IMG/VR virus record: IMGVR_UViG_3300023049_000005
Location: 73,053-137,052 of that record
From: a virus
DNA length: 64,000 nucleotides
Reading direction: 5' to 3' (one strand)
Part shown: in pieces, positions 28,779 to 38,522 of the stretch
Layout: each line of letters starts with the position of its first letter
How positions within the stretch are numbered: the stretch's first letter is position 1
The notes under the pieces: generated by a model
What the model saw: only the letters and a program-made list of their open reading frames with translations
Told to the model about the DNA's origin: nothing
Databases searched by the model: none
Made by a program: the position numbers and the translations under genes

Positions 28779-30401
28779 ATGGAACAAAAGTTACTTGAAA
28801 TATTTGAAAGTCCTCATAGGATGAGGGAAACGTATGTTAAAAAACATCACCCAAGTCTATATGATAGTATTATATCATATGTGGATTTTGACATTTCTTT
28901 CAAAGAAAAGCTTTGGTATTACTATAATAAACTAGAAGAAAAAATTACATGTAAGTGTGGTAAGGAAACTACGTTCAATAAGAATTTTAAAGACGGTTAT
29001 AAAAAATATTGCTCTGCTAAATGCGCACAGACAGCCGAATCTACTAAAGAAAAAAGAAAGAAAACTACTTTACATAAATATGGTGTTGATAATGTAGCTA
29101 AAAGTCAGAAAATTAAAGACAAGACCGAAGAAACCAATATCGAAAGGTATGGTCATAGATCTACGTTTCAAAATAAAGAAGTTCAGAGCAAATGGAAGGA
29201 AAATATTAAAAACAAATATGGCGTTGATCATATCTTCCAATCAGAGGAAGTAAAAGGAAAGATACAAGATACTATGAAGGAAAGGTATGGTGGACATTAT
29301 ACCAAAACCGATCATTATACAGATAAGCTTGGTGAAATTGGATTCAAGGAACTAATAAGGAAAAAGAAGTTAGATAAACACAAAGATTTTTTTAAAACAC
29401 ATGGTTATGAGTTTATAGAAATTAAAGATTATAGGAAATTCACCATAAAAAAGGATGATGATATATTCGAAATATATTGGGAAACTTTTATAAATAGGCT
29501 AGAAAACGGATATGAAATATCTACTAATATAAACCCATTATATTATACAGGTCAAAGTGAAAAGGAAAAGGAACTCATATCATGGATTAGGACATTGGGT
29601 GTAGAAATCGATGAATCTAATAGAAAAATACTAAATGGTAAAGAAATAGATATATTTCTACCTGAATATAAATTAGGAATAGAATTCAATGGTTTATATT
29701 GGCATAGTGAAATGAATAAAGAAAAGAAACATCATATAAACAAAACAAAACAGTTAAATGAATTAGGAATTAGTTTGGTACACGTATGGGAGGATGATTG
29801 GGATCATAAAAAAAATATAATACAATCTATTATTCTTAATAAGTTAAATAAAATATCTAATAAGATATATGCTAGAAAGTGTATTATAAAAGAAGTAAAT
29901 AGTAAGGAAACTAATTCCTTTTTAGATAAAAACCATATACAAGGTAAGTCAAAGGCTAATATTAAATTAGGTCTATATTATAGAGATGAATTAGTTAGCC
30001 TAATGACGTTTGGTTATCGTAATATAAACGGAACTAAGCAATATGAACTGATTAGGTTTTGTAATAAAATAAATAATATTGTCGTTGGGTCAGCTTCTAA
30101 ATTATTTAAATATTTTATTAATAATTATAATTATGATAACATCTTATCATACTCTGATATAAGTATGTTTGATGGCAAATTATATGAAATGTTAGGATTC
30201 GAAAACATGGGGGAAACTTCTCTAAACTATTGGTGGGTTGTTGATAAAAAGAGGTATCATCGGTTTACATATAATAAGAAAAAGTTGATCAAAGAAGGAC
30301 ATGACCCAAACTTGACAGAAAAGGAAATTATGTATTCTCTAGGTAATTATAGAATTTGGGGATGTGGTCAAATTAGGTGGGTATATAAAAAACGATATTA
30401 A
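28779..30401 (+). CDS. Homing-endonuclease-like multidomain protein (zinc ribbon + KYG... repeats + Vsr/DUF559-type PD-(D/E)XK nuclease domain + conserved C-terminal domain)
   Basis: 540 aa; CKCG..CSAKC; IDIFLPEYKLGIEFNGLYWHSE...LVHVWEDDW nuclease core; paralog of 48871..50595. Confidence 0.6.
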   Translation: MEQKLLEIFESPHRMRETYVKKHHPSLYDSIISYVDFDISFKEKLWYYYNKLEEKITCKCGKETTFNKNFKDGYKKYCSAKCAQTAESTKEKRKKTTLHKYGVDNVAKSQKIKDKTEETNIERYGHRSTFQNKEVQSKWKENIKNKYGVDHIFQSEEVKGKIQDTMKERYGGHYTKTDHYTDKLGEIGFKELIRKKKLDKHKDFFKTHGYEFIEIKDYRKFTIKKDDDIFEIYWETFINRLENGYEISTNINPLYYTGQSEKEKELISWIRTLGVEIDESNRKILNGKEIDIFLPEYKLGIEFNGLYWHSEMNKEKKHHINKTKQLNELGISLVHVWEDDWDHKKNIIQSIILNKLNKISNKIYARKCIIKEVNSKETNSFLDKNHIQGKSKANIKLGLYYRDELVSLMTFGYRNINGTKQYELIRFCNKINNIVVGSASKLFKYFINNYNYDNILSYSDISMFDGKLYEMLGFENMGETSLNYWWVVDKKRYHRFTYNKKKLIKEGHDPNLTEKEIMYSLGNYRIWGCGQIRWVYKKRY

Positions 30402-30444
30402 TTTTTAATATATACTTTAACAAAAAAATAACTTACTGATACTG

Positions 30445-30690
30445 ATGGAAAAAATAATTAAATCCTTTGCTACCTTCGCAAAATCTATTAAAGAAAATGT
30501 AGAAGAAGAGATGTTATCAACATGGACACTTACTGTATATGATGAAGATGATAACATTAGACATCAAGAAGATATTGATTCTGATGACGAACTCAAAGCT
30601 GAAACAACTGCTAGAAAAATGGTAGATAATATGGATGACTACTGTGACGGATGGGATTGGACTTTAATGCCTAAAGAATTCTTTGCTTAG
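30445..30690 (+). CDS. Hypothetical small acidic protein
   Basis: 81-aa ORF. Confidence 0.4.
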   Translation: MEKIIKSFATFAKSIKENVEEEMLSTWTLTVYDEDDNIRHQEDIDSDDELKAETTARKMVDNMDDYCDGWDWTLMPKEFFA

Positions 30691-30992
30691 ATATAAGACT
30701 TAAATACATATATCCAAATAGATATAACACCCACTAATATCAGTAGTGATATAACATATTCTTTTTTAGTAGCTTCATATTTCCTCCCGAATCCCACTGT
30801 GTTATCCATAGATAAAAATATTGCTGTACTCATAACTAAAGATAAAAGTGATGAATTCAAATTACTCATTCCCGTGTACCCAAATGATATACCTATAATT
30901 AACCAAAGACATATTAAAAATACAACACTCGAACTTAATCTCATAGTAGATTCCGTGTCCGTTGGCTTAAATGTTCTTAAATAATTTCTCAT
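30687..30992 (-). CDS. Small membrane protein
   Basis: 101 aa, 3 hydrophobic helices. Confidence 0.4.
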   Translation of the reverse strand: MRNYLRTFKPTDTESTMRLSSSVVFLICLWLIIGISFGYTGMSNLNSSLLSLVMSTAIFLSMDNTVGFGRKYEATKKEYVISLLILVGVISIWIYVFKSYI

Positions 30993-31504
30993 AATTTTTC
31001 TCTTGTTTTCATTAATACTTTTCCTAATCTATTTTCACCTGTCCAATTTTCTTCAAATAATATCTGATCATCCGAGGCTGATATACCCACCCCCCATTTA
31101 TTATCATATGGAGAAGCTTCGACAAGTGTTCTATCACCACTATCAACTAATGTTTTGTGGGCTTCTTTATTAAAAGTATATTTATGTAGACATACGTTAT
31201 ACATTACACCAAAGCTAATTTTATCCCATTTCTCAGCATCAAAGTTGGGTATAGATCTACCTATATTTTTAACTTTCTTAGGATCGATTTCATTAATACA
31301 TTTCTCGGCTAGTTCTAATTGATTAAAGAACATACACTTCTCAAACATATAAGCTTGCTCTGAATTATTAAAAAGGTACTCTTGTGTAATTTCCCCTGTT
31401 AATATATCATTCACTTTCTTTCTATATAAGAAAGGAGCAGGGTAGAAGTTTGAAAAAACATCTGCTACCGAAAAGAAATATATGTGTGTATCTGTTATTC
31501 TCAT
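30989..31504 (-). CDS. NADAR / YbiA-family (DUF1768) N-glycosidase-like protein
   Basis: 171 aa; FFSVADVFSNFYPAPF..SEQAYMFEK..GRSIPNFDAEKWDK..LVEASPYDNKWGVG matches YbiA pattern FS.FSNF...SEHYFQA.KF...GR...W...LVE.S..D.YWG.G. Confidence 0.7.
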   Translation of the reverse strand: MRITDTHIYFFSVADVFSNFYPAPFLYRKKVNDILTGEITQEYLFNNSEQAYMFEKCMFFNQLELAEKCINEIDPKKVKNIGRSIPNFDAEKWDKISFGVMYNVCLHKYTFNKEAHKTLVDSGDRTLVEASPYDNKWGVGISASDDQILFEENWTGENRLGKVLMKTREKL

Positions 31505-31512
31505 TGCTTTTA

Positions 31513-31551
31513 TATAAAAAAAAAGGAGATTAGTTTATAATCTCCTTTTTG
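31513..31551 (-). terminator. Rho-independent terminator (aggagatta-gtt-taatctcct flanked by A/T runs)
   Basis: 9-bp stem, T-run on minus strand. Confidence 0.55.
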
Positions 31552-31573
31552 TATATCTATTTTTATGTGTGTT

Positions 31574-32404
31574 TTATTTTAATCCTTTCACAACAGTAGT
31601 GCCTGCCCCGTATACATTATCAGTACCGTAAGGAGAACCTTTACCTTCTCTGAATCCTTGCCACTTTACGTATTCGTTATACTGTGGTGATCTAGCAAGT
31701 TGTTTTTGGATAAGTTGAATGTATTGAGATTCACCTTCTGCTTCTAATATAGTAGCTTGTTTAGTACCTTCTGCTTTCTTAATAGTAGCATTAGCTATGT
31801 ATTCTTGTTCTAATTCTAGTTCTTTAGCTCTTTGGTTTTTCTGCTTTTGTTCCTCTTTGCCCGTAATTGCTTTTCTTACATTATCAGGTAAGGTAACATC
31901 TGCGATCTCACAGAAATGATAGTCAATATAATTAGATCTAAATTCTCTGTCCATAAGCTCATCAAGTTCTAATTCTAAGGCTTCTCTTTTAGTAGAATAA
32001 ATTTCTTCATATGTATATCTACCAATGACATTCTTAATAGCTCCCTTTACAATAGGATCAATATAACTAGTTTCATATCCTACACCATGTTTTAAATGGA
32101 GTTTAGGTGTCTTATATTTAGCAGGGCTATAGTTAACTGTGATATCTACTGTGATATCCATTCCATTCTTTTCCATCACCGAGGATGAATAGTTTCTACT
32201 TTGTTGTAGAACATTATACCTAATAAGGTCATTCCAAGGTGCGATAAGCTGTGCGCCTTCTTTATAAACTGTTGATGTGTCTACACCATCATTATCCCAT
32301 GGTCTAAACATAAATGCTTCCTGACCAGGATCTACAACGTTAACACATGATGTCATTGATATTACTGCGATAGACATCGCAAAGATTTGAATTACTTTTT
32401 TCAT
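31574..32404 (-). CDS. SPFH/band-7 (prohibitin-like) lipoprotein
   Basis: 276 aa; signal peptide + lipobox MTSC; PHB-like core and C-terminal coiled-coil (QKQKNQRAKELELEQEY). Confidence 0.5.
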   Translation of the reverse strand: MKKVIQIFAMSIAVISMTSCVNVVDPGQEAFMFRPWDNDGVDTSTVYKEGAQLIAPWNDLIRYNVLQQSRNYSSSVMEKNGMDITVDITVNYSPAKYKTPKLHLKHGVGYETSYIDPIVKGAIKNVIGRYTYEEIYSTKREALELELDELMDREFRSNYIDYHFCEIADVTLPDNVRKAITGKEEQKQKNQRAKELELEQEYIANATIKKAEGTKQATILEAEGESQYIQLIQKQLARSPQYNEYVKWQGFREGKGSPYGTDNVYGAGTTVVKGLK

Positions 32405-32478
32405 ATTATTTTTATTTAATTTATATTAGACTATAAATATATGAATAAAAAAAGACCCAAACAAGGTTTAGGTCTTTT

Positions 32479-32861
32479 TTTAATGGAGTGGAGATGGAGG
32501 GAGTCGAACCCTCGTCACAGACACTTTAGTATAATACTTTCTACAAGTTTAGTTTACATAGTTAGGGTAAACACCTTAGTTAAACTTATTTTTTTAAACT
32601 GTTCTAATCAAACCAAAATTCAGTCCTTCTTATAATAACTGCTAAGAAGTTTGCAGCTTGGAGTTTTGTCGGTTGCTTAGACAGCTAATACAAGTTCTCC
32701 GTCTTGTACAGATTCCGTAGAATCTAATGCGTCTAAAACGTCAATCTTTTCAGATACTACGTTTAATTGTTTATCTACTAATTTATTAATCGGACACTTT
32801 AATAGACAATCCGATACTTGCTTACACTATCTGAAAATGACGCTCTAATCCAGTCACCCCC
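32479..32861 (-). ncRNA. ssrA: tmRNA (SsrA), phage-encoded
   Basis: 5' GGGGGUGACUGGAUU... pairs with 3' ...CAUCUCC-A (7 bp incl. G3-U70), T-arm GAGGGUUCGACUCCCUC, candidate tag frame ending ...GELVLAV-UAA at 32677..32730. Confidence 0.7.
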
Positions 32862-32926
32862 ATTTAAGTTTCATTATTTTATATATAAAAATATTAGAAT
32901 AAGTTTTAGCAAAATTAAATAAAAGA

Positions 32927-33481
32927 ATGGATAATAACAAATTAATAGTATTAGATATAGACGAAACTCTATTTCATTGTGAATATGAATTAGAGGATTT
33001 TGACTATGTGTTCGAAGAAGATAATATTATGTACTATACTAAGAAAAGACCTTATCTAGAAGAGTTTCTGAATTATATTAAAGGAAATTTCAAGTATGGT
33101 ATCTATACTACAGCAGGTGAAGATTATACTAAAATACACATGAAAAAGCTGAATTTAGACCCATTATTCCTCCTATCTTATAAAAATTGTACCCAAAAAA
33201 GGAAATTTAGTATGGGTGAGCAGAATGGATATACTTCTGAATGGTACTCATTAAAGAAACTTGATAAAGTAAAAAGGTATAGTGATAAATCTAATATGAT
33301 TGCTATCGATGATAAATGGGAAAGTTTTGCTAATGATTACGGAAACTTAATTAAAGTGAATCCTTTTACGGGTGATATAAATGATACTACCTTAAAGAAA
33401 CTTATGAAATATTTAGAAGATCTTAAAGGTGTGAAAAATATTAGAAAGGTTGAGAAACGGGGTTGGATGAGTAAATATTAA
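32927..33481 (+). CDS. HAD-superfamily phosphatase, NIF/FCP1-like
   Basis: 184 aa; LIVLDIDETLFH (DxDxT), KRPYLEEFL, IAIDD. Confidence 0.6.
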   Translation: MDNNKLIVLDIDETLFHCEYELEDFDYVFEEDNIMYYTKKRPYLEEFLNYIKGNFKYGIYTTAGEDYTKIHMKKLNLDPLFLLSYKNCTQKRKFSMGEQNGYTSEWYSLKKLDKVKRYSDKSNMIAIDDKWESFANDYGNLIKVNPFTGDINDTTLKKLMKYLEDLKGVKNIRKVEKRGWMSKY

Positions 33482-34119
33482 TCATCCTCTTCATCGATGC
33501 GTTCTACACTATCAGAAAACCCATTTTGTTTTTTCCACACATCCCATTTTAATATCTCTTTACCTCCCTCTTCGTGTTCAACGTCTTTAGGACTTAAACT
33601 ATTAGTGTAATCTTTTACCGTAATCTTATCAAACTCTTTAATATGATCCCCAGCTAAAGCTGTTATTTTATCAAAGTTATCTAGATCGATTTTTTCTTTA
33701 TTTATAATAGTTGCCAATGATTCTAAGAAAGGGATAAACAAAGGATGTGAGAACATAGAAAAAATATCATAACTTATATTACTCTTTAAACTTTGGTTGA
33801 AATAGTTTATTAAGAACTCTGTGAATTCTGTTAATGGTTCTAATAAACCATATACATTTCTCATCCTTAATTCTGAAAAAAGCTTTCTGTAAATAGCTTT
33901 GTCTTTACCAAAAGAGATTGCCAATGAACACATAGTAAGATAAACAACAGTCTCCTTATCTTCTTCTGCTTCTATATCACTATTATTAATAAAAGCTTCT
34001 ACAACTTGATAAAAAGATAAAATAGGATCTAAGTATGTATTCATAAACTGAAAATCAAAATCTGATTTCAATTTACCTTCGTTTTCTTTTTTTAGAACTT
34101 TGATTGTAATATCTTTCAT
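33478..34119 (-). CDS. Hypothetical protein
   Basis: 213-aa ORF; TTAATATATAAG motif upstream on minus strand. Confidence 0.5.
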   Translation of the reverse strand: MKDITIKVLKKENEGKLKSDFDFQFMNTYLDPILSFYQVVEAFINNSDIEAEEDKETVVYLTMCSLAISFGKDKAIYRKLFSELRMRNVYGLLEPLTEFTEFLINYFNQSLKSNISYDIFSMFSHPLFIPFLESLATIINKEKIDLDNFDKITALAGDHIKEFDKITVKDYTNSLSPKDVEHEEGGKEILKWDVWKKQNGFSDSVERIDEEDD

Positions 34120-34156
34120 ATCTTATATATTAAAAGTCATTATACAAATATATGAT

Positions 34157-34167
34157 TTAATATATAA
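34157..34167 (+). promoter_or_regulatory. TTAATATATAA motif 3 nt upstream of start codon
   Basis: Recurring motif. Confidence 0.3.
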
Positions 34168-34170
34168 ACC

Positions 34171-34629
34171 ATGGTATTGAATTATAAACTTTTTGAGACT
34201 AAACAAGAAGCCGAATCTTTTTTAAATAATAAAGACATCGATTTAAAGGATGAAAAGTATATCGAACTAAAAAAGATATGCGAAAAAACACCCGCCCTTT
34301 TGGGAGTATGTACTAAGCTACTATTCTCAAAGAAAATGGCTATCGATGAAATCAAAGATATTTTACAGAAACTAACTAAAATGAGTAACCAACTGAAAAG
34401 AGATAATTTATCTATTCAGAATATACTTGTTGATGCCCTTAAAACAAAAGGAAATAGTTCTGAGTATATAGAGGATATTATTAATACGGTTAAAACCAAA
34501 ACCGATGTATATAAGTTTATCAATTCTTTACAACACAAAGAAGTTAGAAACGAATTAAAGAACACCGAAGAATATTATAACGATGTAGAAGCAGGTATAA
34601 TTTCACTAAACCATATCATGATATCATAG
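34171..34629 (+). CDS. Hypothetical protein
   Basis: 152-aa ORF; TTAATATATAA 3 nt upstream. Confidence 0.45.
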   Translation: MVLNYKLFETKQEAESFLNNKDIDLKDEKYIELKKICEKTPALLGVCTKLLFSKKMAIDEIKDILQKLTKMSNQLKRDNLSIQNILVDALKTKGNSSEYIEDIINTVKTKTDVYKFINSLQHKEVRNELKNTEEYYNDVEAGIISLNHIMIS

Positions 34630-34846
34630 AACTTGAATCAGGAATCAGAAGTAGATCTAAAATAAAAGAGATTTTAAACAATTATGTAGACACCCAAATA
34701 CTGAGTTTAGATAATATGATAAGAAAAGTGAAAATTTTTTCTAACCTTAAGTAACTCACTTTCAATTAGTTACAATAATGTCCTAAAAATAGATGTAAAC
34801 TTTATTAAAACTCTTAGATATACATCGAAAAGTAACACTAAAATAT

Positions 34847-35374
34847 ATGGAATTTATACCTGATTACCATTTAGAAGAATGGGATGAAATAGAAGAGAAT
34901 GTTTTCGAAAAAGAGAATTTGAGAATAGCCGTAATAGAGGATCGAAATGTGCTTTATATAAAAGACAAAGGAAACACCTTTAGGGAAATAAAAGATATCA
35001 CGAATTATTGGGAATATAGAAGTTTGGATATGTTTTTAAATACTGAAACAAATGGCGATCAAGATAATTACGAATATCAACATGATTTCTTTATGTATAT
35101 CAGAGATAATTTCCAACACTATGATTACTTAGTATTTGATAAATCTAATAACCAAGTATACGGGCATAATGGTTTATTTGATGTTGATAATAAATGGGCA
35201 GACCAAGAAATGAAACAGAAATATAAAGATGGTAAAGTATTTATAGTTGATGTTTCTTATGATATATTGCCTTTATGTTATGATGAAGGATGGAAAGACA
35301 TTGATATTATGTCATATAAAGAAGCTGTAGTGGAACATAGAGATAAGAAGATATCAGAAGTGCTTAATATATAA
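34847..35374 (+). CDS. Hypothetical protein
   Basis: 175-aa ORF. Confidence 0.45.
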   Translation: MEFIPDYHLEEWDEIEENVFEKENLRIAVIEDRNVLYIKDKGNTFREIKDITNYWEYRSLDMFLNTETNGDQDNYEYQHDFFMYIRDNFQHYDYLVFDKSNNQVYGHNGLFDVDNKWADQEMKQKYKDGKVFIVDVSYDILPLCYDEGWKDIDIMSYKEAVVEHRDKKISEVLNI

Positions 35375-35377
35375 CAC

Positions 35378-35719
35378 ATGTTAATAGACAAAGGAGCAAA
35401 ATTTAAATATTTCTACCGAATCTTGAAAGAGGTTTATAAGATCATTGAGATCAATTGGGAAATGAAAGAGGAAGATATAGATAAATTAATCAATATCATA
35501 AATTCACATTTAACAGTCTATAACGAAAAATATGCTCATGTTAGAATGAGTGGATTATATGACGAAGATAAAAAATCACTTACTATATTTTTAAGTGATT
35601 ATGTACCAACCCGTGGAATGAAAAAACTTTTCAAAGACACGATTTATATTAAATCAATTCATAGAGACAAATTCATCGACGACTTATTAGGAGAAGATGA
35701 AAGTAATTATTCAATTTAA
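35378..35719 (+). CDS. Hypothetical protein
   Basis: 113-aa ORF. Confidence 0.4.
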   Translation: MLIDKGAKFKYFYRILKEVYKIIEINWEMKEEDIDKLINIINSHLTVYNEKYAHVRMSGLYDEDKKSLTIFLSDYVPTRGMKKLFKDTIYIKSIHRDKFIDDLLGEDESNYSI

Positions 35720-35725
35720 AACATT

Positions 35726-36097
35726 ATGGAATTAATAACAACTCATGTATGTATGAGAAAAGACCTAGGAGTGCATGGTAATCTCTTTGGTGGAATTTTA
35801 ATGTCGTGGTTAGATGAAGCTGCAGCAGCATATGCTTGTATAAAAGCAGATAGTAATAGAATGGTAACTCTTAAATTAAGTGAGTTAATGTTCAAAAAGC
35901 CTATTAGAGAAGGCGACTTAATTAAAATTTACGGTGAGGTATTAAGACTAGGTAGTAGTTCAATCACTTTAAAATTACTTGTTAAAAATCACAATCCTAA
36001 AAATGGAGTAGAAGAAGTTACGACTTCAACTGAAATAGTATTCGTTAAAATTGACGAAAATGGTAAACCCACTAAAATTAAAAAAGATGAAAATTAA
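35726..36097 (+). CDS. Hotdog-fold acyl-CoA thioesterase (YciA/4HBT-like)
   Basis: 123 aa; GNLFGGILMSWLDEAAAAYA motif. Confidence 0.6.
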   Translation: MELITTHVCMRKDLGVHGNLFGGILMSWLDEAAAAYACIKADSNRMVTLKLSELMFKKPIREGDLIKIYGEVLRLGSSSITLKLLVKNHNPKNGVEEVTTSTEIVFVKIDENGKPTKIKKDEN

Positions 36098-36374
36098 ATT
36101 AGATTATGATAATACAGAAGTATTAGAACATATGATCGATAGAGTTTATATTTCTAATAACGGAAAGAAAGGTAATGATGATAAGATCATTATTGAAAAA
36201 GGTGATATTTATTATACCCTTCTATCTAAAATACCTCACGATCAAGTTAAGTTAAGTAATAATATAATAGATGGTTATTTGATATGTAATAAAAAGGAAT
36301 TAGAAGATAGGATCGAACTATATCCAAACGCTTCTTACTGTATTACAATAGAAGATAAATATTCGTTTTATTAA
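36051..36374 (+). CDS. Hypothetical protein (probable start at internal ATG 36087, MKIKLDYD...)
   Basis: ORF overlaps previous gene; internal start gives 11-nt overlap. Confidence 0.4.
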   Translation: MTKMVNPLKLKKMKIKLDYDNTEVLEHMIDRVYISNNGKKGNDDKIIIEKGDIYYTLLSKIPHDQVKLSNNIIDGYLICNKKELEDRIELYPNASYCITIEDKYSFY

Positions 36375-37672
36375 ACAATGTCTAACATTGAGATAGAAAG
36401 GGGTTTACCATTTTTTAAATCTCTTTCTATTTTAGACATATTAGCTTCCCATTTATTGAACATAATATCTAAGTTAGATAACTTACGTAGACGGTTTTCG
36501 ATATCTATGATCTCCTTTTCTTTCTCGCTGAGTTCCTTCTGATTCTCAGTAAGGTCGCTTTCGCTTTTAAGTGCGTCTAATACTTCTTGTTTCTGTTCTA
36601 AGGACTTTTCTAATATTAGCTTTTCTCTTAATTTAGTTAGTAATGTGATATATTGTTTTAGAAAGATATTTTCTTCAACAGTTCTATATACTGAAACACT
36701 ATCTATTTCTTCCTCAACGTCTTCAAATGTATCTTTTAAGATATTCTTCTTCTGATCATAATCTTTAATTTGATCACGATACATCTTTATTAATTGATCC
36801 TCTTTATCTAAGAAGTTTTTATCATTTAACATAATGTCTTTATAATCCATATATTCATTCATCTTTAAGATGTATTTAGTAGTATTAGGTAAAAGTATTT
36901 TCTGCATAGTTTTTATAATTCTTTGATCAAACACATTAGAATAATCAACATCAAACCCTTTATAGACTTCCATAGAAGTAGCGAATCCATTCTTATCATA
37001 CCAAAGTTTTATTCTAATAGTATTTAGTTCACCGTTCAAAGGAGTAAAACAATTAACCTTAATAACGAAAGATCCATATTCTGTATTGATCTCATAAAAG
37101 AATAATTTAGTATTTCTATCTTCAAAGATATTCTCAGGGTCAGTTACAATGTTTAAATTATAATTAATATTATTCTTATTTAATTCCGCTTCTATAAAGT
37201 TCTTCACATAAAGAATGAATTCAGTATTACTTTTCTTTTCTTCTTCTGTGAATTCTTCATTTAGTTTAATAAAAAGTTCGTTTTGTTTACTTTGGGTATA
37301 AGATATAATAAATTCATTAATATCATTTTTGATAGTTTCGTCTGTATCGGCTATGTTATAAGAATCTATATGGAATGACCCATAATGCTGTGGTTTATCT
37401 TCTATACCTTTTAGATCATCTGATTCAACACTTATCATATAATCAAAACTAGTAGAATCAAAACTAGATCTTTTATATAATTGCATTTTAAATTTGTACA
37501 TGTTACCAAATTCCATAGTTAATACGGGCTTTAAATGGCTAATATCTTCTAGATCTTCTTCTATGTCAATATCACCCAAAGTAAAATTCAAAGATGTTAT
37601 ACCACCAATGATAATCCCTTTAATTATTTCTATATTCTCAATAGTTTCAGATAGAATTTTTTTTGATCTCAT
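36371..37672 (-). CDS. Hypothetical protein with C-terminal coiled coil
   Basis: 433-aa ORF. Confidence 0.5.
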   Translation of the reverse strand: MRSKKILSETIENIEIIKGIIIGGITSLNFTLGDIDIEEDLEDISHLKPVLTMEFGNMYKFKMQLYKRSSFDSTSFDYMISVESDDLKGIEDKPQHYGSFHIDSYNIADTDETIKNDINEFIISYTQSKQNELFIKLNEEFTEEEKKSNTEFILYVKNFIEAELNKNNINYNLNIVTDPENIFEDRNTKLFFYEINTEYGSFVIKVNCFTPLNGELNTIRIKLWYDKNGFATSMEVYKGFDVDYSNVFDQRIIKTMQKILLPNTTKYILKMNEYMDYKDIMLNDKNFLDKEDQLIKMYRDQIKDYDQKKNILKDTFEDVEEEIDSVSVYRTVEENIFLKQYITLLTKLREKLILEKSLEQKQEVLDALKSESDLTENQKELSEKEKEIIDIENRLRKLSNLDIMFNKWEANMSKIERDLKNGKPLSISMLDIV

Positions 37673-38150
37673 TTAGTTCTCTTTTTTTCTCTCTTATGAA
37701 CTCTTCTAATTGCTCCTGTTCATCTTTATATTGTTCTTCTAAGTCTTTGATATCTTGCTCAAACTCTTTAGTCTTTTCTTCTTTCTCTGACATTTGTTCT
37801 TTAAGCCTCTGTGTTTGACTTTCTCTGTCCTCTTGGTCAGAAAGACTACTAACACTATTTAAATCACTTCTAAGCTTACTTATAGTATCTCTCATGTCTG
37901 TTATAGCTAATTCCTTTTTCTTCATCCTAGCCTCCAAATTTAAGATCTGACCCATTCTAGATAAGAAAGGATTCTCTTCTACTATATCTTGATACGCTTT
38001 TGTGATATCTTTATCAGTATCAATATTATCTATAATAAGATTTTTTAGATTGCCCTTTTTAGATTCGAATTCTCTTAGTTGAAATTCTAATTGTTCACCA
38101 GGACTTTGGGTGTTTTCTTCCTTAAATAATTTATAACTTTTAACTCTCAT
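37647..38150 (-). CDS. Hypothetical coiled-coil protein
   Basis: 167-aa ORF; TTAATATATAAG upstream. Confidence 0.45.
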   Translation of the reverse strand: MRVKSYKLFKEENTQSPGEQLEFQLREFESKKGNLKNLIIDNIDTDKDITKAYQDIVEENPFLSRMGQILNLEARMKKKELAITDMRDTISKLRSDLNSVSSLSDQEDRESQTQRLKEQMSEKEEKTKEFEQDIKDLEEQYKDEQEQLEEFIREKKRELNEIKKNSI

Positions 38151-38219
38151 ATCTTATATATTAAATCACAAAATGATCAAAAAGGTGCAACATTATAATA
38201 TAATAGAATTTATTAAGTA

Positions 38220-38522
38220 TTATTTATCTCTATTTAACTTATAATCGTTAAATAATACATCCCCTTCTTGATACTTATCGAATACATCTTGATCATATCT
38301 ATAACCTTCATAATCTTTTGTGCCATTATTAGTTACCCCTCCTGATACATCATTTGAAAAAGATCTACATTTTTTACATTGACCATAAGTATTAGGATTA
38401 TCGTTATATTTATCTTCAAATACCTCGAATCTAGCTTTACACCAAAAATTAGTACAAGTTAACGTAAGGGACTTAGGTTTTTCTTTATTTAATATTTTTT
38501 GTAGTTTTTTATGGAAGCTCAT
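38220..38522 (-). CDS. Small zinc-ribbon protein (CxxxxC...CxxC)
   Basis: 100 aa; CTNFWC ... CKKC. Confidence 0.4.
   Translation of the reverse strand: MSFHKKLQKILNKEKPKSLTLTCTNFWCKARFEVFEDKYNDNPNTYGQCKKCRSFSNDVSGGVTNNGTKDYEGYRYDQDVFDKYQEGDVLFNDYKLNRDK

Noticed and set aside
32441-32635. Plus-strand ORF (64 aa, ...WRWRESNPRHRH...)
   Set aside because: Lies entirely within the minus-strand tmRNA; the peptide is the typical mistranslation of a tRNA-like T-arm.
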